This document shows positions 42,510 to 55,300 of a stretch of 64,000 bases of DNA, in pieces. The position numbers and the translations under genes were made by a program. The DNA is taken from contig NC_092676.1 in NCBI RefSeq assembly GCF_964355755.1, positions 18,308,871 through 18,372,870 of the forward strand, written 5' to 3'. Position 1 is the stretch's first letter; every line of letters begins with the position of its first letter. Source of the DNA: Antedon mediterranea. Taxonomy: Eukaryota; Animalia; Echinodermata. Under the pieces are notes generated by a model. The model ran no database searches and had not been told where the DNA came from. It was given only the letters and a program-made list of their open reading frames with translations.

Positions 42510-44362
42510 TAGGATACATATAATGTAATAATATAATAAATACAAGTTACATAGTTTATCATCTTGTTTTACAGAACCAATTTGGTGACACAGTTAAACA
42601 CAGTGATAAAGAATAGATACTGTTTTAGGTTATATAACCCTAACCCTAGTTTAAAGCGATATAATACATTCATCGCGAAAAAGTACGTATCGTATTCAGA
42701 AACTTTTGAAATTTGTTAGATATGTTTAATAGGTTCTTACGTCTATAAAACAAACAAAAAATATAAATTTCACAAAAAATTCGTGATTTTAATAATTTGC
42801 ATTTCTAAAAATGTACACTTATGAAATACCATACATTTTCCAACACATTTTTACTTCATTGATGATTCCCAGAAATCAAAATAAAACAAATTATGATATT
42901 TCTTTTACGTTATAGATGTAAGAACCTATATTGAACATGTACCAAATTTCAAACGTTTTTTAAGACGATACGTATTTTTATCGATGAATTAAGTATGTGA
43001 TCGCTTCAAACTAGGGTTAGGGTTAAATAACCTAACAGTTCCATTCTTTAACACTGTGTTTAACTTTTAACCAAATTGGTTTTAGTACAACACAATGATA
43101 AACTATGTACATTTTATTTTTCATATTACATTATAGGATACATATAATGTAATAATAATAAATACAAGTTACATAGTTTATCATCTTGTTTTACAGAACC
43201 AATTTGGTGACACAGTTAAACACAGTGATAAAGAATAGACACTGTTTTAGGTTATATAACTCTAACCCTAGTTTGAAGCGATCACATACTTAATTCATCG
43301 CGAAAAAATACGTATCGTATTCAGAAACATTTGAAATTTGGTAAATATGTTCAATAGGTTCTTACGTCTATAAAACAAACAAAAAATAAAAGTTTCAAGA
43401 CAAATTCGTGATTTTAATAATTTGCATTTCTAAACATTTACACTTATGAAAGACAATACATTTCCAACACATTTTTACTTCATTGATGATTCCCAGAAAT
43501 CAAAATAAAACTATTAGGATATTTCTTTTGCATTATAGATGTAAGAACCTATATTGAACATATCTACCCAATATCAAACGTTTTTCAAGACGATACGTAT
43601 TTTTAGCGATGAATATTAAATATGTGATCGCTTCAAACTAGGGTTAGGGTTAAATAAACTAAAACAGTTCTATTCTTTATCACTCACTGTGTTTAACTTT
43701 TAACCCAAATGGTTATAGTAAAACACAATGATAAACTTATATGTAAATTTTATTTTTCATAACATAAAATGTTTGATATTCTTTATAATATTTAATATTA
43801 TATTTTAGGCCTACTATTAATGACGTATAAATGCACACTATACATCTGAAATAACTTTCTACTTCATTGGCGATTCTTACCAAAAAAAAAGAACTAATTT
43901 TGTTATGTATATAGAGCAACCTATTATAACATGTCTTGTATGATTTTTATCTCGTTTCAATTACATTTTATACTACAATTCAAATGAAAAAGCATCACAA
44001 AAAAATACGTCTGGTATTCAAAAAGTTTCTAAACTCGGTACACAGAAAAAACGAATATGTTGAAAATGTATGGTCTTTCATAAGTGTGAATTTTTAGAAA
44101 TGCAAATAATGGAAATCATCGATTTGTCTTGAAATTTATAATTTGTTTTGTCTTATTGAACATATCTATACAAAATGTCAAACGTTTCTGAATACGATAC
44201 GTTTTTTTTCTCGATGAATTTATAATGTCGCTTCAAACTAGAGGGTAGGGTAGTAACCTAACAAGTATCTATTCTTTATCACTATGTTTAACTGTGTAAC
44301 CATATTGGTTCTAATAAAAAACAATGATAAACTATGTAAATTGTATCTTTCATATATTACAT
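42510..44362. repeat. Two tandem hairpin units of about 620 bp plus a partial inverted third copy
   Basis: 42510-43135 and 43136-43760 each have inverted arms of about 235 bp (AACCCTAGTTT.AAGCGAT ... ATCGCTTCAAACTAGGGTTAGGGTT). A degenerate inverted copy lies at about 43900-44362. Confidence 0.85.
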
Positions 44363-44890
44363 TTTTGCCAAAAAATGTTTTTTTATCCTCATTTTAATAT
44401 TTTGGTAATGTAATTCACATGCATAAAGTTTTGTATCCAAAAATTGTTTATTCTTGGGTAGAAATGAGGAAATAAATAGTATTCCTGTATAATATAATAA
44501 TCAATAATAAAGTATTTAAAAAAGTGTTGTGTAAACGAACGTTTTTTACGCTTCGAATTTTCTGTTACATTATGTTTGAATTGAAGCTACAAATATTGAA
44601 TCATGGACCTATAAATTAGTAATTTATAGGTCCATGATTGAACATATCGTCACTCACCACACATTTTTTGTTTTGTATTTCGAAAGTATTTATTCTAAAG
44701 AACAATTGATGCAAACATCAACTGCGTATCTTATTTCATTAATTAATTATATTAATTATAATTTGGCGATTATTCGTCACACGAAGCGTCGAATATCGAT
44801 TCGTCTCGTCATATGGGAAGAAAACGTGCATTGCGCACACTGTTTACGCGCCTCAACAATAAACGGCGAATATGCGATTCGTCACTAATT

Positions 44891-45833
44891 ATGGAACGCC
44901 GTTTTACACAAGTTTTTGGCGATGATAAAAATTGCGTCGATGATGAAATTGCGTCGATGAAAATTGCATCGACGCAATGTAGATTGCGTCGATGCAATGT
45001 AGATTGCGTCGACGCAATTTACATTTTGCGTCGATGAAAATTGCATCGATGAAAATTGCGTCGATGAAAATTGCGTCGATGAAAACTGCATCGATGAAAA
45101 TTGCGTCGATGAAAACTGCATCGATGAAAATTGATGTGATGAATTTAATTGATTATGAAAATTCCAAATGGTTTTAATTCAATCAATGATGAAAATGACT
45201 ACTAGTAAAGTAAATGATGATGTTAATAATGATGTTAATGTTATTATGTTGCTAAAAATTGACGGTTTCTGAATATTTTGATATGATAAACATGTTTACC
45301 GCTTGCGCTAGCGCGCGTTATAGACAAGCGCACAGTGAGCGCGCACTAAAACAATGTTGAAATATATGCACTGATTAACATTTTAGTGATTTATTGTCAA
45401 CACATTTTAGCAATGGATCCATTATTGTCCTTTCGGACACATTATATCTTCTAGCTAATTGCTTCCGTTAATCCACCAGTTCAGTACATAAAATTCAGAT
45501 GTCCAGCATCCATGACATCATATTCAAATCATACCAGCAGGGAGATCGCAATTTTCATCGATGAAAACTGCATCGATAGAAAATTTTTTTTTTTCATCGA
45601 TGCAGTTTTCATCGATGCAGTTTTCATCGACGCAATTTTCATCGACGCAATTTTCGTCACATTAACGCAATTTTTATTACATCGACGCAATTTTCATCGA
45701 CGCAATGTTCATCACATCGACTTAAATTTTCATTACATCAATACTATATTCATCGACGCAATTTTCATCACATCGACGCAATTTTCATTGCATCATCGAC
45801 GCGATTTTATCATCGCCTAAACTGGCATTCCAT
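44891..45833. mobile_element. Nested foldback MITE with inverted 15 bp subterminal arrays
   Basis: Termini ATGGAACGCC / GGCATTCCAT. (TCGATGAAAATTGCG)n at 44920-45135 and its reverse complement at 45545-45815. Exact direct repeat ACTAATT at 44884-44890 and 45834-45840. Confidence 0.85.
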
Positions 45834-46189
45834 ACTAATTGAGTGTGATCTGATTGGTGTATTATAAATAAATTCATCGCGATGAATTTTTCAGTAGATG
45901 TAATGAGACAGTTCAGTAGATGTAATGACAGTTAATTTAATTGTTCTGCTCTTTTTGTACAAATCTATACTACTTTATATTATGGATTTTGTAGTACTGT
46001 TAAAATTATTAAATCTCTGGAAGTGTGTTTTACGAGTATGTCCGCAAATTTATGCGTTTACGGTTTTAAAATGTGAGTTTTAAATAGCGAACATGATCTT
46101 GTTAGGTGCACTACGCACGCAGTATTCCAAAATGTCTTACTAATTGGGAGAAAATCATATTGTATCATATCATATTATATCCATTCTTT

Positions 46190-48520
46190 AAATTGGTATA
46201 GTAAAACACAGTGCTAGCAATGTATCATATTATTAAATGTTTCCTATTCTTTATCATTGTGTTTTACTCTAACCAAATTGGTTATACAGTAGTAAAACAC
46301 AGTGCTAAATTGCTATGTAAATGTAATTTATTATATTATTAAATGTTTCCTATTCTATATCATTGTGTTTTACTCTAACCAAATTGGTTATAGTAAAACA
46401 CAGTGCTAAATTGCTATGTAAATGTAATTTATCATATTATTAAATGTTTCTTATTCTTTATCATTGTGTTTTACTATAACCAAATTGGTTATAGTAAAAC
46501 ACAGTGCTAAATTGCTATGTAAATGTAATTTATTATATTATTAAATGTTTCCTATTCTATATCATTGTGTTTTACTTTAACCAAATTGGTTATAGTAAAA
46601 CACAGTGCTAAATTGCTATGTAAATGTTATATATCATATTATTAAATGTTTCCTATTCTATATCATTCTGCTTTACTTTAACCAAATTGGTTATAGTAAA
46701 ACACAGTGCTAAATTGCTATGTAAATGTAATTTATTATATTATTAAATATTTCCTATTCTTTATCATTGTGTTTTACTCTAACCAAATTGGTTATAGTAA
46801 AACACAGTGCTAAATTGCTATGTAAATGTCATTTATCATATTATTAAATGTTTCCTATTCTTTATCATTGTGTTTTACTATAACCAAATTGGTTATAGTA
46901 AAACACAGTGCTAAATTGCTATGTAAATGTCATTTATCATATTATTAAATTCCTATTCTTTATCATTCTGCTTTACTTTAATCAAATTGGTATAGTAAAA
47001 CACAGTGCTAAATTGCTATGTAAATGTCATTTATCATGTTATTAAATGTTTCCTATTCTATATCATTGTGTTTTACTCTAATCAAATTGGTATAGTAAAA
47101 CACAGTGCTAAATTGCTATGTGAATGTCATTTATCATATTTTTAAATGTTTCCTATTCTTTATCATTGTGTTTAACTCTAACCAAATTGGTTATAGTAAA
47201 ACACAGTGCTAAATTGCTATGTAAATGTTATATATCATATTATTAAATTCCTATTCTTTATCATTGTGTTTTACTCTAACCAAATTGGTTATAGTAAAAC
47301 ACAGTGCTAAATTGCTATGTAAATGTTATATATCATATTATTAAATTCCTATTCTATATAATTGTGTTTTACTTTAACCAAATTGGTTATAGTAAAACAC
47401 AGTGCTAAATTGCTATGTAAATGTTATATATCATATTATTAAATGTTTCCTATTCTTTATCATTGTGTTTTACTCTAACCAAATTGGTTATAGTAAAACA
47501 CAGTGCTAAATTGCTATGTAAATGTCATTTATCATGTTATTAAATGTTTCTTATTCTTTATCATTGTGTTTTACTCTAACCAAATTGGTTATAGTAAAAC
47601 ACAGTGCTAAATTGCTATGTAAATGTAATTTATCATATTATTAAATGTTTCCTATTCTATATCATTGTGCTTTACCATAACCAAATTGGTATAGTAAAAC
47701 ACAGTGCTAAATTGCTATGTGAATGTCATTTATCATATTTTTAAATGTTTCCTATTCTTTATCATTGTGTTTAACTCTAACCAAATTGGTTATAGTAAAA
47801 CACAGTGCTAAATTGCTATGTAAATGTTATATATCATATTATTAAATTCCTATTCTTTATCATTGTGTTTTACTCTAACCAAATTGGTTATACAGTAGTA
47901 AAACACAGTGCTAAATTGCTATGTGAATGTCATTTATCAAATTATTAAATGTTTTCTATTCTTTATCATTATTTTTTACTCTAACCAAATTGGTTATAGT
48001 AAAACACAGTGCTAAATTGCTATGTAAATGTTATATATCATATTATTAAATTCCTATTCTATATCATTGTGTTTTACTTTAACCAAATTGGTTATAGTAA
48101 AACACAGTGCTAAATTGCTATGTAAATGTTATATATCATATTATTAAATGTTTCCTATTCTTTATCATTGTGTTTTACTCTAACCAAATTGGTTATAGTA
48201 AAACACAGTGCTAAATTGCTATGTAAATGTCATTTATCATGTTATTAAATGTTTCTTATTCTTTATCATTGTGTTTTACTCTAACCAAATTGGTTATAGT
48301 AAAACACAGTGCTAAATTGCTATGTAAATGTAATTTATCATATTATTAAATGTTTCCTATTCTTTATCATTGTGTTTTACTCTAACCAAATTGGTTATAA
48401 TTTATTTAATTTCATTTCAAAAGACATTTACCTAAATTGCTATTTAAATGTCATTTATCAAATTATTAAATGTTTCCTATTATTTATCTGGTTATATAGT
48501 AAAACACTGTGCTAAATTGC
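46190..48520 (-). repeat. Satellite array, same 101 bp monomer in opposite orientation, about 23 copies (right arm)
   Basis: GTGCTAAATTGCTATGTAAATGTCATTTATCATATTATTAAATGTTTCCTATTCTTTATCATTG is the reverse complement of the left-arm monomer. Confidence 0.97.
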
Positions 48521-49390
48521 TATTGTATAAGGACGAGTTCCGAGAAGATGTATTCAAAGCTACAACCAATCAGAACAGTGTTAATCAATATAATCCATGG
48601 CTACAGCCAATCAGAAACGTCCAAATCGCAATAACCCCTAGGCTAATAGAAATTATTGGTCCGAGTAGCCTTTTCAACCAGACGTTGCGAGGTTTAAAAA
48701 GTAAAACATGATTTACTCGCCAGTTTGGTATAGTTTATATACCTGAAGTAGATGAGTGCCTGGTTCACGAAAATCCTCAAGCAAAACCATTGTTTAGCCA
48801 TTTTAATGTAATCATGTTATTTTAGTTTAATATATGTAAGTACTTATCTTAAATGTTGAATTGAATCAGTAAACTTGTTTCTTGAGAAATTAATTTATCG
48901 ACAAATACTGTGTTGTTTGTCTACTACTACAGTTACACAACACAACACACACATAACAGTCCAATGTCGGTTATTAATTTATAATACTGTATTATGTTAT
49001 GTCTAGGGGTGCCTTAATAAGTTGAGAGAGTTAGGTAGCCGAGAAGAATATGATTTTTTTTTATAGATATTTGAGACACAAACCGTCAGAACATGGATGG
49101 TGCAACAATGATCAGACTGGTTGACCAGCCTACTAGAAACCATTTAGCTCGGCCTATTGTATTGTTAGTTATACTAATTCCACTTTCACCAAGACGTTTA
49201 CCTCCCCATGCCTAAATCAGCAGGTTCTCGCCTTGTCTGAAATTTTCAATTTTCACCACCCATCCCAATTCCTTGCACAGATCTTCATATTTTATATAAA
49301 TAATTATATTTAAAGCATCTTTGTCTCATCTGTTTTTAACCTCTCGCTACGGCCTTGTCTAAAGTCTTTTTTTGTTCATTAATACAGTAG

Positions 49391-52300
49391 ATGAAAATGT
49401 TGACCACCAGTGAAGGACGCTTATTCTCAGTATTTCTAACTGTTTTTTGTGTGTGGATTGTCACTGCCCAGAAACAACCAAATATTATATTTATTGTTGC
49501 TGATGACTTGGTAAAGTGCAAAATATTCTTTAAAAGCATGTCTAGTCAAGGGTCGGATGCAAGAATTTTGTATATATATAATTTAATGTTAGCTATAATT
49601 TAAAAAGGGAAAACTTGCACCTCTAGTGCTACCCAGCCACTGAATCCGTCTCTGGTAGTTATGTAATATACATGCCCACCCATCCTGCCCCACCTCCTCC
49701 CTCCAAAGTAAAAAAATTAAAAAAAATTATTTATCAAATTTTCCTGTAAAATGAATGTATTTTATTTAATGTTCAGGTACATTCAACAACATTATACACA
49801 TTTTAAAACCCTTTCTACTGATATTCCAATTTTATTTAAAACATACTATTGTCCCTTGTTTATTAAATAGCACTAAAGGCTTTATGTTATCAACATTGAA
49901 CACATCCACTGTCATATTTTATTCAAAACATACTATTGTCTCTTGTTTATTAAATAGCACTAAAGGCTTTATGTTATCAACATTGAACACATCCACTGTC
50001 ATATTTTTTTCTTTTTCACATAAATGAGTATCAAATTTGTCACTTTAGGGATGGAATGATGTGAGTTTCCATGGCTCAGAACAGATTCCAACACCAAATA
50101 TTGATAAGTTAGCATACGAAGGAGTTATTCTCTTCAATTACTATGTGCAGCCAATTTGTACCCCAACACGTAGTGCAATAATGACAGGCAGACATCCTAT
50201 ACATACAGGTAATTTATAATACAAAATGATTTATTGTGGTAAGAAAATTCTAATCTTAGGAATAATTTCCTTTTTAAGTTCTGTCTACACTATCTGTGAT
50301 GTGCCCATGGATATGAAGATGTCATATCACTACCATGTTTGGGCATATCACTACCATATCACTACTCTTTTTGTCAAACTAGTTTGAAAGTGAGACAATT
50401 TAGACATGGTTTTTTTTTTTAAATTAATTTAGGCATCAAATACCAAAACCGGCATCATACTAAACCATAATAATTGATTGTTTATTTTGTACAGTAAACA
50501 GTAATGATTGGTTTATTTTATTTGAGCTTTAAAAAAGTTTTTATATTGTACTAAAATAAATCCAAAAAGATTTTTTCAGAAAAAAAGGCCAATTCTTAGT
50601 AGCCGCAATGCAAAACACTACTTTTGTTAATATTTGTTCTGGTATTTGTAGTGTGGTATTTTAAGCGGAACCAGGTCCATTGATGATATTTATTTTATGG
50701 TAGTCTTATATCTTGACAGGATTGTATCATAACGTTATTATGGGTCAAGAGCCATTTGGCCTCAGACCAAATGAGACCACTGTTGCTCAGTATCTTCATG
50801 ACTTAAATTATTCCACAGTAATGATTGGAAAGGTGTGTTATTACTAATTAACTAAGTTGTGTTTAATTACCAAGTTTGAGGAAGTCTTTAGTCCTTTCAT
50901 TTATAACAATCATGATCTGCAACAACAGTTAAAAAGTTGATGTTTCTGCTAAGGTACTCAAGTGTTATTCTGTAGAATGTTAAGCATCAGTTTACATTCA
51001 ACTGGGTGAGGAGTGTTGGACATTGATCTTGAGATCCAGTGGCGTAACGCAGAGGCCCCTGGTTTAGGAACCCTAAGTGGCCCTCCAACTCTGGGTTTAG
51101 CCAGTGAGCGCTCATAGCCGTTACGCCACTGTTGAGATCATGAGTTTGAATGCTTGTCGCTTTGCTTGTATTATTGAGAAGCCCATAATTACAATACAAT
51201 ACAAAAATGTAATCTGTAAACTGACAGAGTGTTCTAGATGGCATATAATAAATAATGCAGATTCAAAATAAGCGGCCCTTCGAGTTGTTAATGAAGGCTT
51301 GGCTGACCATTCCAACATTATCGAGAACTTGTTTGAATATTGTGTTTGTATTTCGATTACGCTTCGAGCATTTTTCATCTTGGAAGAATAGCTTTTTCGT
51401 CATCTGATCCGATTGGAAGGTTTGGAAGAGGAATGGGGTTCTGCATCAGCAACATTTTTTGCATCACGACATAATTATTATACATGTTTAGAAACAATAT
51501 GAAATCTTACAAAATGTGTAGAAATAAATAAAAATAATAACTTCAGTTCATCAATAGTAGTCTGTTTTGACTTTACCCTTTGACCCGTAAAATTGTGCTT
51601 TTCAGGCTTATTTCATAGTGTAATAACGGCTGCCCAGCCAGATGGACTTAGGCCAAATGAGACCACTATCCCTGAACACTTACGCCAACTTGGTTATGAA
51701 AACCACATGGTTGGCAAGGTAGGTTTTTATAAAAAGATAATGTTTATTCCAATTAAAAAGTAAATTATAAAATATAATTACAACAAAAATAAATATGACA
51801 ATCACAAGCAGTCACCCTAATAAAAAGAAAGGATACATTATATACTGTACAGTATATCAAAAAATTGAATATATTGTAATGTTTTTGGCAGACGTCTGTC
51901 GCGAATGAATATTCATCACAGAAGCCTCGAACACAATACAAAAATTAAATACATTAAAAATAAATTCATTACTATAAATTATAATAGATATTCAATTATG
52001 TTCAATCGGGAAAAGACAAAAAGCTCAAACATGTATTTTTCTTTGAAAACTCAATAGACAGTACAACAATGACTTCATTAAGAAATACCTTTTAAGAGAA
52101 AAAAAAATGTACAGTATGATGTTCATGGAAAGTGCAAACTCTAATGCTCAAATGGACTCTTTTTGTATGTCAACAGTGGCATTTAGGTCATTTTGCCAAA
52201 GAATATCTCCCAATAAATCGAGGATTTGATTCAAGTTTTGGATATTACCTAGGAAAAGAGGACTATTGGGAACACACCTCCTCATTCAACTTCTCCAAGG

Positions 52301-55300
52301 TATAATATTGAGGGATTTGATTTGCAACAGCCGGTAACTAAAATATTCCTTGCATAAGTCAGCTGGGTTAAAAAACAAGACAAGCATCTGAAATAAAATT
52401 GTTTAAATTTGACAAACAAAATTCAAAACAAATTTGAGGAATATGACAGAAATTCCATATTATTTTAAGGAATTTGTATTCGTTTGAATGCCATTTACAT
52501 ATGTAAACTAGTCGCTATTTTTGCTGGTAGAAGAAAGATGTATAAATATCTTAATACTAGATGGCGTGTGAAGTGAATAATATTTGTTCACATAATTTAC
52601 ATATAATACTGAAACAGTTTGGCTGTCAGTGATATAATAGTAAATACTTGGCTTTTGCAAATCAACTTCTCTCTTGTGTTTTTAAATTTATGCATGACTG
52701 TTTCCTATATAATAATTATATTTTCCTTCCCTTTCTTTTAATTATTTTTTTCATTGGTTCATTTGTTTACCTTTTTCAATTATTTTATTGATTCATCATA
52801 TTAATTGTATAATTTTACCAGACATAAATTCTCCACCTGTGGGAGGTTAATACCTCATTTTTGCGATCACATAAAATTTACCAAACTACAGCTAGAGATT
52901 TGAATGTTTAATTCTATATTAGCATTTTTTATGATTATAGATATTTTTGTTTTGATGGAGAGGGATGTCTAATCTCTAAAAGTTGTCATCTTTTCCATAC
53001 TGCTTCTTTAGCTCTGTCTACACTATCAAACTTTATGTGACAAAAAAATGTGATATGTCATATCACTACCATATTTGGGCCATCACACTTTTTTTTGTCA
53101 AACTAGTTTAGTAGTGTAGAGACAGAGCTTTGATATAAACAGTTTTCTGCATGGTTTTTGTAAGTTCTAAATCAATACACAGCATGTATTTACCAGAGGT
53201 TTTAGTGCTGCTTCAAGTGCCTATCTTGGTTTTACCAGTTGGTGAAATAGATTTTTGAAGTCCAGAATAGAAAAGTGTATGATATCTAGTTGGCCAGTTT
53301 CTTCTAATGTACAGGATAATCCCTACTTTGTATCAAAGGTTTACTATAGTATTATTAGTTAAACTGTCTTTACTATAAGAAATGGAGACCCACTTGATAG
53401 TTTGATTTAGTTCGCTTTTGGGAATCCGGTCTCTCTCTATTGTTTGTTTTTTTTTGTTATAATTATGTGAGACGAAATAAATGAAATGAAATGAAATGTA
53501 ATATTGCACACATGACCAACAACTTAACATCTCATCTGGAGATAATGAATACTGCTGCAGCCTATTCATGAATTGTTTCAATTGTCTAAGTAGCATTGTA
53601 GTCTTCAATTATAATTTGTTGTATTGTTTATTTTTATAGCATGGTGTATTTTGATGTGAAGTATAGTATTTAGATGTGCGACACATAATGTGTGTGGTCG
53701 ATTCTTAATAAGGTACTTGTCTATTAATCCCAGTGTTCAAGGGTTACTTCTTGTCTATTAATCCCAGTGTTCAAGGGTTACTTCTTGTCAAATACCAGGA
53801 TTTTTGTTATACTGTATGGTTATGTTGAGTATCATGTATATTGCCACCTTTTAGTTTTTGAGACCTTAGCAGAACATCCTAATTTTATTTTGCTAAATTT
53901 AAATTGAAAAATGCATTTAGAATGACATGAAATGACTAAAGACTTCTAAAAATAATTTTAATAATATCACTATAAAATATTCATTGTATTAATATTTTAT
54001 GAACAATTTAATTTAATATTGCAGATATTGTCATTTTTTAACATTACACAGTAACTTAAACTTTTTAAAAATAATAGCCAGTTTAAAGCTTTAATTGATC
54101 CAAACATAAACTATTGCAAAACTATCCATTGATTTTATCATCAATCATTTGTCATGTTCAGTGGCATTTAGGATTCTTTGCCAAAGAGTACACGCCCACG
54201 TATCGTGGCTTTGACTACCATTTGGGCTACTACACGGGTAAAGAAGATTACTTTGTGCATACATCAAATGAACACATTGCAGGAGATAAAGTGAGTATGT
54301 TATGCTGTCAAAACCTGGTTATCCTCATAGTACAGTTGGCTCTGTACCTGAAGTATTCTAGGCTAAAATTGTGTTCTGTGGTCTTATGTTTCAAGCAATA
54401 TGGAGCTATATTGTGTATAGGGAGAGTTTGATATCAGTGCCATCTTGTCATCATGGAGGATAGACAAAATATGTAATATTCTAATTGTCTCTTCCTTTAA
54501 AGGATGTTAAGCTGTTGTTTCTGTGTATATAAATACATTATAAAAGAAATTGGTGTCTCATAGTGTATCGATAATGGTATTAGCAGAGGACTGATTTGAA
54601 TTCTCTTGGTTTTATTTTTATATTAACACTTTATGATATACATGGTTATTTGGTTCACTAATATAAAATGAGTTGGATGTATTCTAATTCACTGCCATTA
54701 TAGGTGCTCTTGTCTGCCTGCAGAGGCCCTAATTGTTGTTGATGGATTTAACTTTAAGTCTAAATTGTTTGTATGTATGTAATCACAGATAACAACTTTA
54801 ATATTACCTTTATTTATACTGTATGAGTTCAATACTGTTACGGTCAAATTTATAGCAAATCCCTGACAAATACTGTATATAACACTCTGTTCTATACATT
54901 ACTGTACTTTCTGAATTTAGTTTTGTCTGTTTATGCTTACTCATGTTTTTTAGTTCTTCTTCTATACATATTTTATTGTATTGCTTTTTTTATTTGATCG
55001 TTTTTATTGTGCATGCCGCATTCTAAATATAACAAACAATTTAGTAACACTGTTGATGTTAATTTGCCAGCATGCATTCTGGGGATATGACTTCCATAAG
55101 AATGGTGAAGTGTACAAACCTGAATTTGGACAGTATTCTACTGAGCTCTACGCAGATGCAGCTATAAATATTTTGAAGAACCATGACACTTCAAAGGTAG
55201 AGTTTGAACACATTTCAAAGTGTTTGCTAATTAAATTAATAAATAACCAAATTATCTTGTAAAGCTTTCTAAAAAAAAGTAAAGATGAAGTCTCTCTATT

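Larger units (their letters stand above)
38161..48728. mobile_element. About 10.6 kb non-coding foldback-type element
   Basis: 38158-38191 (ATACCAAATTGGCGAGTAAATCATGTTTTACTTT) is the reverse complement of 48698-48731 with one mismatch. TA flanks both CC...GG ends. Opposed satellite arms lie inside. Confidence 0.8.

Noticed and set aside
42635-43652. Interstitial telomere (TAACCC/TTAGGG)
   Set aside because: Only about two units per site, embedded in hairpin arms; too short to call.
44809-45820. Short ORFs with SMKIA or FIDA repeats
   Set aside because: Translations of the 15 bp repeat arrays of the nested MITE.
38548-48520. CRISPR-like array (palindromic repeat at regular spacing)
   Set aside because: The sequence between palindromes is also repeated rather than unique, there are no cas genes, and the context is eukaryotic. 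It is a satellite.
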